64,000 bases of DNA from contig OZ024742.1 of assembly GCA_964016885.1 (NCBI GenBank), forward strand, positions 165,168,001 through 165,232,000, written 5' to 3'. The notes below the pieces were generated by a model. That model was not told the DNA's origin, searched no databases, and worked only from the letters and a program-made list of their open reading frames with translations. The stretch comes from Eledone cirrhosa (lineage: Eukaryota). Position numbers and translations under genes: made by a program. Position 1 is the stretch's first letter, and every line of letters begins with the position of its first letter. Positions 55,401 through 64,000 of the stretch are shown here, piece by piece.

Positions 55401-57060
55401 TACAAATTATCTCCCCCTGATTTTTTTACAAATTATCTCCCCCTGATTTTTTTTACAATCTCCGCCTGATTTTTTAAAAAATTATCTTCCCTTGGCTGGC
55501 GGGAAATTATCTCCCCTTGGACGGCTGGAAATTATCTCCCCTTGGACGGCTGGAAATTATCTCCCCTTGGACAGCTGGAAATTATCTGCCCTTGATTTTG
55601 TTTTTACAAATTATCTCCCCCTGATTTTTTTTACAAATTATCTCCACCTGATTTTTTAAAAAATTATCTCCCCTTGGACGGCTGGAAATTATCTCCCCTT
55701 GATTTTTTTACAAATTATCTCCCCCTGATTTTTTTTACAAATTATCTCCCCCTGATTTTATGTTACAAATTATCTCCCCCTGATTTTTTTACAAATTATC
55801 TCCCCCTGATTTTTTTTACAAATTATCTCCGCCTGATTTTTTTAAATATTATCTTCCCTTGGCTGGCGGGAAATTATCTCCCCTTGGACGGCTGGAAATT
55901 ATCTCCCCTTGATTTTTTTTACAAATTATCTCCCCCTGATTTTTTTTTACAAATTATCTCCCCCTGATTTTTTTTTACAAATTATCTCCCCCTGATTTTT
56001 TTTTACAAATTATCTCCCCCTGATTTTTTTTTACAAATCTCCCCCTGATTTTTTTATAAATTATCTCCCCTTGGCTGGCTGGAAATTATCTCCCCTTGGA
56101 GGCTGGAATTTATCTCCCCTTGGACGGCTAGAAATTACCTCTCCTTGGATGGCTGGAAAATATGTCTCCTTGGACGGCTGGATATTATCTACCCTTGGAC
56201 GGCTGGAAATTATCTCCCCTTGGACGGCTGGAAATTATCTCCCCTTGGACGGCTAGATATTACCTCCCATTGGACGGCTGGAAATTATCTCCCCTTGATT
56301 TTTTTTACAAATTATCTCCCCCTGATTTTTTTTTACGAATTATCTCCCCCTGATTTTTTTTTACAAATTATCTCCGCCTGATTTTTTTTTTAAAATTATC
56401 TCCCCTTGAACGGCTGGAAATTATCTCCCCTTGGACGGCTGGAAATTATCTCCCCTTGGACGGCTAGAAATTACCTCTCCTTGGACGGCTGAAAATTATC
56501 TCCCCTTGGACGGCTGCAAATTATCTCCCCTTGATTTTTTTAACAAATTATCTCCCCCTGATTTTTTTTTACAAATTATCTCCCCCTGATTTTTTTTTAC
56601 AAATTATCTACGCCTAATTTTTTTTACAAATTATCTCCCCCTGATTTTTTTTTACAAATTATCTCCCCCTGATTTTTTTTACAAATTATCTCCCCCTGAT
56701 TTTTTTTACAAATTATCTCCCCCTGATTTTTTTACAAATTATCTCCCCCCTGATTTTTTTTACAATCTCCGCCTGATTTTTTTAAAAATTATCTTCCCTT
56801 GGCTGGCGGGAAATTATCTCCCCTTGGACGGCTGGAAATTATATCCCCTTGGAAGGATGGAAATTATCTCCCCTTGGACGGCTGGAAATTATCTCCCCTT
56901 GGACGGCTGGAAATTACCTCCCCTTGGACAGCTGGAAATTATCTGCCCTTGATTTTGTTTTTACAAATTATCTCCCCCTGATTTTTTTTACAAATTATCT
57001 CCACCTGATTTTTTAAAAAATTATCTCCCCTTGGACGGCTGGAAATTATCTCCCCTTGGA
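31413..57060 (+). repeat. Copy 2 of the ~29-32-kb higher-order repeat
   Basis: Shares rare variants with copy 1: GAAAGGCTAG (~537/31950), GGCTAGCTGG (5909/36570), GGCAGG and GGTCGG (~6640-6670/37300-37330), the CTAATGA block (7370/38031), and GATCTTTT plus TACCAATT (~13270-13315/43850-43895). Confidence 0.9.
38025..38437 (+). repeat. Divergent monomer block (copy 2)
   Basis: Same block as 7364-7776 at offset +30661, with only a few substitutions. Confidence 0.9.
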
Positions 57061-57069
57061 CGGCTGGAA

Positions 57070-60000
57070 ATTATCTCCCCTTGATTTTTTTTACAAATTA
57101 TCTCCCCCTGATTTTTTTTTACAAATTATCTCCCCCTGATTTTTTTTTACAAATTATCTACCCCTGATTTTTTTTTACAAATTATCTCCCCCTGATTTTT
57201 TTTACAAATTATCTCTCCCTGATTTTTTTTTACAAATTATCTCCCCCTGATTTTTTTTTACAAATTATCTACCCCTGATTTTTTTTTACAAATTATCTCC
57301 CCCTGATTTTTTTTACAAATTATCTCCTCCTGATTTTTTTTACAAATTATCTCCCCCTGATTTTTTTACAAATTATCTCCCCCCGATTTTTTTTACAAAT
57401 TATCTCCGCCTAATTTTTTTAAATATTATCTTCCCTTGGCTGGCGGGAAATTATCTCCCCTTGGACGGCTGAAAATTATCTCCCCTTGGACGGCTGGAAA
57501 TTATCTCCCCTTGATTTTTTTACAAATTATCTCCCCCTGATTATTTTTTACAAATTATCTCCCCCTGATTTTTTTTTACAAATTATCTCCCTCTGATTTT
57601 TTTTACAAATTATCTCCCCTTGGCTGGCTGGAAATTATCTCCACTTGGACGGTTAGAAATTACCTCTCCTTGGACTGCTGGAAAATATGTCTCCTTGGAC
57701 GGCTGGAAATTATCTCCCCTTGGACGGCTGGAAATTATCTCCCCTTGGACGGCTGGAAATTATCTCTCCTCGGACGACTAGAAATTACCTCTCCTTGGAC
57801 AGCTGAAAATTATCTCCCCTTGGACGGCTGGAAATTATCTCCCCTTGATTTTTTTTACAAATTATCTCCCCCCGATTTTTTTTTACAAATTATCTCCCCC
57901 TGATTTTTTTTTACAAATTATCTCCCCCTGATTTTTTTTACAAATTATCTCCCCCTGATATTTTTTACAAATTATCTCCCCCTGATTTTTTTACAAATTA
58001 TCTCCCCTTGGCTGGCTGGAAATTATCTCCCCTTGGAGGCTGGAATTTATCTCCCCTTGGACGGCTAGAAATTACCTCGCCTTGGACGGCTGGAAAATAT
58101 GTCTCCTTGGACGGCTGGAAATTATCTCCCCTTGGACGGCTGGAAATTATCTCCCCTTGGACGGCTGGAAATTATCTCCCCTTGGACGGCTAGATATTAC
58201 CTCCCCTTGGACGGCTGGAAATTATCTCCCCTTGATTTTTTTTACAAATTACCTCCCCCTGATTTTTTTTTACAAATTATCTCCCCCTGATTTTTTTTTA
58301 CGAATTATCTCCCCCTGATTTTTTTTTACAAATTATCTCCGCCTGATTTTTTTTTTAAAATTATCTCCCCTTGAACGGCTGGAAATTATCTCCCCTTGGA
58401 CGGCTGGAAATTATCTCCCCTTGGACGGCTAGAAATTACCTCTCCTTGGACGGCTGAAAATTATCTCCCCTTGGACGGCTGCAAATTATCTCCCCTTGAT
58501 TTTTTAACAAATTATCTCCCCCTGATTTTTTTTTACAAATTATCTCCCCCTGATTTTTTTTTACAAATTATCTACGCCTAATTTTTTTTACAAATTATCT
58601 CCCCCTGATTTTTTTCTACAAATTATCTCCCCCTGATTTTTTTTACAAATTATCTCCCCCTGATTTTTTTTTACAAATTATTTCCCCCTGATTTTTTTAC
58701 AAATTATCTCCCCCCTGATTTTTTTTACAATCTCCGCCTGATTTTTTTAAAAATTATCTTGCCTTGGCTGGCGGGAAATTATCTCCCCTTGGACGGCTGG
58801 AAATTATATCCCCTTGGACGGCTGGAAATTACCTCCCCTTGGACAGCTGGAAATTATCTGCCCTTGATTTTGTTTTTACAAATTATCTCCCCCTGATTTT
58901 TTTTACAAATTATCTCCACCTGATTTTTTAAAAAATTATCTCACCTTGGACGGCTGGAAATTATCTCCCCTTGATTTTTTTACAAATTATCTCCCCCTGA
59001 TTTTTTTTACAAATTATCTCCCCCTGATTTTTTTTTACAAATTATCTCCCCCTGATTTTTTTACAAATTATCTCCCCCTGATTTTTTTTACAAATTATCT
59101 CCGCCTGATTTTTTTAAATATTATCTTCCCTTGGCTGGCGGGAAATTATCTCCCCTTGGACGGCTGAAAATTATCTCCCCTTGGACGGCTGGAAATTATC
59201 TCCCCTTGATTTTTTTTACAAATTATCTCCCCCTGATTTTTTTTTACAAATTATCTCCCCCTGATTTTTTTTTACAAATTATCTCCCCCTGATTTTTTTT
59301 TACAAATTATCTGCCCCTGATTTTTTTTACAAATTATCTCCCCCTGATTTTTTTACAAATTATCTCCCCTTGGCTGGCTGGAAATTATCTCCCCTTGGAG
59401 GCTGGAATTTATCTCCCCTTGGACGGCTAGAAATTACCTCTCCTTGGACGGCTGGAAAATATTTCTCCTTGGACGGCTGGATATTATCTACCCTTGGACG
59501 GGTGGAAATTATCTCCCCTTGGACGGCTGGAAATTATCTCCCCTTGGACGGCTAGATATTACCTCCCCTTGGACGACTGGAAATTATCTCCCCTTGATTT
59601 TTTTTACAAATTATCTCCCCCTGATTTTTTTTTTACAAATTATCTCCCCCTGATTTTTTTACAAATTATCTCCCCCTGATTTTTTTTACAAATTATCTCC
59701 GCCTGATTTTTTAAAATATTATCTTCTCTTGGCTGGCGGGAAATTATCTCCCCTTGGACGGCTGAAAATTATCTCCCCTTGGACGGCTGGAAATTATCTC
59801 CCCTTGATTTTTTTTACAAATTTTCTCCCCCTGATTTTTTTTTACAAATTATCTCCCCCTGATTTTTTTTTACAAATTATCTCCCCCTGATTTTTTTTTA
59901 CAAATTATCTCCCCCTGATTTTTTTTACAAATTATCTCCCCCTGATTTTTTTACAAATTATCTCCCCTTGGCTGGCTGGAAATTATCTCCCCTTGGACAC

Positions 60001-61020
60001 TGTAAATTATAGCCCCTTGGAGGGCTGGAAATTATCTTACCTTGGACGGCTGGAAATTATCTCTGCTTGATTTTTTTTACAAATTATCTCCCCCTGATTT
60101 TTTTTTACAAATTATCCCCCCCGATTTTTTTTACAAATTATCTCCCCCTGATTTTTTTTACAAATTATCTCCCCTTGGACGGCTGGAAATTATCTCCCCT
60201 TGGACGGCTGGAAATTATCTCTCCTTGGACGGCTAGAAATTACCTCTCCTTGGACGACTGAAAATTATCTCCCCTTGGACGGCTGCAAATTATCTCCCCT
60301 TGATTTCTTTTACAAATTATCTCCGCCTGATTTTTTTTTTTAAATTATCTCCCCTTGGACGGCTGGAAATTACCTCCCCTTGGACGGCTGGAAATTATCT
60401 CCCCTTGGACGGCTAGAAATTACCTCTCATTGGACGGCTGAAAATTATCTCCCCTTGGACGGCTGGAAATTATCTCCCCTTGATTTTTTTTACAAATTAT
60501 CTCCCCCTGATTTTTTTTTTACAAATTATCTCCGCCTGATTTTTTTTAAAAATTATCTCTCCTTGGACGGCTGGATATTATCTCCCCTTTCATTTTTTTT
60601 ACAAATTATCTCCCCCTGATTTTTTTTTACAAATTATCTCCCCCTGATTTTTTTTTACAAATTATCTACCCCTAATTTTTTTTTACAAATTATCTCCCCC
60701 TGATTTTTTTTACAAATTATCTCCCCCTGATTTTTTTTTTACAAATTATCTCCCCCTGATTTTTTTACAAATTATCTCCCCCTGATTTTTTTTACAAATT
60801 ATCTCCGCCTGATTTTTTTAAATATTATCTTCTCTTGGCTGGCGGGAAATTATCTCCCCTTGGACGGCTGAAAATTATCTCCCCTTGGACGGCTGGAAAT
60901 TATCTCCCCTTGATTTTTTTTACAAATTATCTCCCCCTGATTTTTTTTTACAAATTATCTCCCCCTGATTTTTTTTACAAATTATCTCCCCCTGATTTTT
61001 TTTTACAAATTATCTCCCCC
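57070..61020 (+). repeat. Third copy of the block at ~9030-12870 / ~39690-43460
   Basis: Landmarks 9644/57670, 9982/58008, 10835/58946, 11277/59444 and 11875/60042. Shares GGACTGCTGG, TCTTGCCTT, GGACACTGTAAATTATAGCCCC and CCCCTTTCATTTT. Confidence 0.88.
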
Positions 61021-64000
61021 TGATTTTTTTTTACAAATTATCTACCCCTGATTTTTTTTTACAAATTATCTCCCCCTGATTTTTTTTACAAATTATCTCT
61101 CCCTGATTTTTTTTTACAAATTATCTCCCCCTGATTTTTTTTTACAAATTATCTACCCCTGATTTTTTTTTTACAAATTATCTCCCCCTGATTTTTTTTA
61201 CAAATTATTTCCCCCTGATTTTTTTTACAAATTATCTCCCCCTGATTTTTTTACAAATTATCTCCCCCCGATTTTTTTTACAAATTATCTCCGCCTAATT
61301 TTTTTAAATATTATCTTCCCTTGGCTGGCGGGAAATTATCTCCCCTTGGACGGCTGAAAATTATCTCCCCTTGGACGGCTGGAAATTATCTCCCCTTGAT
61401 TTTTTTACAAATTATCTCCCCCTGATTATTTTTTACAAATTATCTCCCCCTGATTTTTTTTTACAAATTATCTCCCTCTGATTTTTTTTACAAATTATCT
61501 CCCCTTGGCTGGCTGGAAATTATCTCCCCTTGGAGGCTGGAATTTATCTCCCCTTGGACGGTTAGAAATTACCTCTCCTTGGACTGCTGGAAAATATGTC
61601 TCCTTGGACGGCTGGAAATTATCTCCCCTGGGACGGCTGGAAATTATCTCCCCTTGGACGGCTGGAAATTATCTCTCCTCGGACGACTAGAAATTACCTC
61701 TCCTTGGACAGCTGAAAATTATCTCCCCTTGGACGGCTGGAAATTATCTCCCCTTGATTTTTTTTACAAATTATCTCCCTCTGATTTTTTTTTACAAATT
61801 ATCTCCCCCTGATTTTATTTTACAAATTATCTCCCCCTGATTTTTTTTACAAATTATCTGCCCCTGATATTTTTTACAAATTATCTCCCCCTGATTTTTT
61901 TACAAATTATCTCCCCTTGGCTGGCTGGAAATTATCTCCCCTTGGAGGCTGGAATTTATCTCCCCTTGGACGGCTAGAAATTACCTCGCCTTGGACGGCT
62001 GGAAAATATGTCTCCTTGGACGGCTGGAAATTATCTCCCCTTGGACGGCTGGAAATTATCTCCCCTTGGACGGCTAGATATTACCTCCCCTTGGACGGCT
62101 GGAAATTATCTCCCCTTGATTTTTTTTACAAATTATCTCCCCCTGATTTTTTTTTACAAATTATCTCCCCCTGATTTTTTTTACAAATTATCTCCCCCTG
62201 ATTTTTTTACAAATTATCTCCCCCCGATTTTTTTTACAAATTATATCCGCCTAATTTTTTTAAATATTATCTTCCCTTGGCTGGCGGGAAATTATCTCCC
62301 CTTGGACGGCTGAAAATTATCTCCCCTTGGACGGCTGGAAATTATCTCCCCTTGATTTTTTTACAAATTATCTCCCCCTGATTTTTTTTACAAATTATCT
62401 CCCCCTGATATTTTTTACAAATTATCTCCCCCTGATTTTTTTACAAATTATCTCCCCTTGGCTGGCTGGAAATTATCTCCCCTTGGAGGCTGGAATTTAT
62501 CTCCCCTTGGACGGCTAGAAATTACCTCCCCTTGGACGGCTGGAAATTATCTCCCCTTGGACGGCTAGATATTACCTCCCCTTGGACGGCTGGAAATTAT
62601 CTCCCCTTGATTTTTTTTACAATTTATCTCCCCCTGATTTTTTTTTACAAATTATCTCCCCCTGATTTTTTTACAAATTATCTCCCCCTGATTTTTTTAC
62701 AAATTATCTCCCCTTGGCTGGCTGGAAATTATCTCCCCTTGGAGGCTGGAATTTATCTCCCCTTGGACGGCTAGAAATTACCTCTCCTTGGACGGCTGGA
62801 AAATATGTCTCCTTGGACGGCTGGATATTATCTACCCTTGGACGGCTGGAAATTATCTCCCCTTGGACGGCTGGAAATTATCTCCCCTTGGACGGCTAGA
62901 TATTACCTCCCCTTGGACGGCTGGAAATTATCTCCCCTTGATTTTTTTACAAATTATCTCCCCCTGATTTTTTTTACAAATTATCTCCGCCTAATTTTTT
63001 TAAATATTATCTTCCCTTGGCTGGCGGGAAATTATCTCCCCTTGGACGGCTGAAAATTATCTCCCCTTGGACGGCTGGAAATTATCTCCCCTTGATTTTT
63101 TTTACAAATTATCTCCCCCTGATTTTTTTTTACAAATTATCTCCCCCTGATTTTTTTTACAAATTATCTCCCCCTGATTTTTTTACAAATTATCTCCCCT
63201 TGGCTGGCTGGAAATTATCTCCCCTTGGAGGCTGGAATTTATCTCCCCTTGGTCGGCTAGAAATTACCTCTCCTTGGACGGCTGGAAAATATGTCCTTGG
63301 ACGGCTGGATATTATCTACCCTTGGACGGCTGGAAATAATCTCCCCTTGGACGGCTGGAAATTATCTCCCCTTGGACGGCTAGATATTACCTCCCCTTGG
63401 ACGGCTGGAAATTATCTCCCCTTGATTTTTTTTACAATTTATCTCCCCCTGATTTTTTTTTACAAATTATCTCCCCCTGATTTTTTTTTACGAATTATCT
63501 CCCCCTGATTTTTTTTTACAAATTATCTCCGCCTGATTTTTTTTTAAAAATTATCTCCCCTTGAACGGCTGGAAATTATCTCCCCTTGGACGGCTGGAAA
63601 TTATCTCCCCTTGGACGGCTAGAAATTACCTCTCCTTGGACGGCTGAAAATTATCTCCCCTTGGACGGCTGGAAATTATCTCCCCTTGATTTTTTAACAA
63701 ATTATCTCCCCCTGATTTTTTTTTACAAATTATCTCCCCCTGATTTTTTTTTACAAATTATCTCCCCCTGATTTTTTTTACAAATTATCTCCCCCTGATT
63801 TTTTTTTACAAATTATTTCCCCCTGATTTTTTTACAAATTATCTCCCCCCTGATTTTTTTTACAATCTCCGCCTGATTTTTTTAAAAATTATCTTCCCTT
63901 GGCTGGCGGGAAATTATCTCCCCTTGGACGGCTGGAAATTATATCCCCTTGGAAGGATGGAAATTATCTCCCCTTGGACGGCTGGAAATTATCTCCCCTT

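Larger units (their letters stand above)
1..64000 (+). repeat. Composite two-monomer satellite DNA array (25-bp G monomer plus 26-29-bp T monomer sharing the core AAATTATCTCCCC); extends beyond both window ends
   Basis: The core AAATTATCTCCCC or a close variant recurs every 24-29 bp from first base to last, always on the same strand. It is followed by either TTGGACGGCTGG or CTGA(T)nAC. No unique interruption was seen. Confidence 0.99.

Noticed and set aside
125-63771. About 200 short + strand ORFs (WKLSPLGRLEIISPWTAGNYLPLDG-type peptides)
   Set aside because: They are three-frame readings of the 25-bp monomer, mostly starting at TTG within the repeat. They overlap in all frames and are broken by T-tract length changes. 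Indels between copies do not preserve frame.
1-64000. CRISPR-like constant repeat plus spacer
   Set aside because: The constant part is only 13 bp, the 'spacers' are 12-16 bp of just two types rather than unique sequences, and there is no leader or cas gene.
1-64000. Telomerase-made long telomeric repeat (yeast-type 23-25-bp units; G tracts on one strand)
   Set aside because: Variants are inherited in kilobase-scale duplicated blocks, which indicates recombinational amplification rather than templated addition. I recognise no telomere motif. A subtelomeric location cannot be excluded.
1-64000. Absence of minus-strand ORFs as a sign of coding-strand selection
   Set aside because: The core contains TTA (TAA on the minus strand) and monomer lengths shift the frame, so stops hit all minus frames automatically.
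1-64000. G-quadruplex or i-motif from G4-5/C4-5 tracts
   Set aside because: The tracts are separated by about 21-24 nt, much longer than canonical loops, so the sequence alone gives no support.
1-64000. Intrinsic or Pol III terminators at T tracts, and NF-kB-like GGAAATT sites
   Set aside because: There is no stable hairpin before the T tracts and no transcription unit. GGAAATTATC does not fit GGGRNNYYCC.
1-64000. Synthetic or information-encoding binary sequence, or pure sequencing artefact
   Set aside because: Nested duplications with shared and private mutations look like natural satellite evolution. Individual duplications could still be assembly errors and need read support.

Overview
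The whole 64-kb window is one uninterrupted, head-to-tail satellite array in a single orientation, probably eukaryotic heterochromatin. I see no credible gene, RNA gene, transposon or unique sequence. The array is built from two short monomers sharing a 13-bp core, AAATTATCTCCCC. The 'G' monomer is 25 bp (AAATTATCTCCCCTTGGACGGCTGG, 52% GC). The 'T' monomer is 26-29 bp (AAATTATCTCCCCCTGA-T7-10-AC, about 30% GC). They alternate as homogeneous runs. The G runs fall into a few stereotyped cassettes with a fixed internal order of variants. These cassettes are arranged into nested higher-order repeats at about 0.4, 0.75-1, 4-5, 7-12 and 29-32 kb. All listed ORFs are translations of the repeat. The interest lies in the architecture, the junction rules, the readable rearrangement history and a possible link of the core to a known bivalve satellite motif. 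Offsets were derived by eye from the sequence and the ORF track, so block boundaries are approximate.
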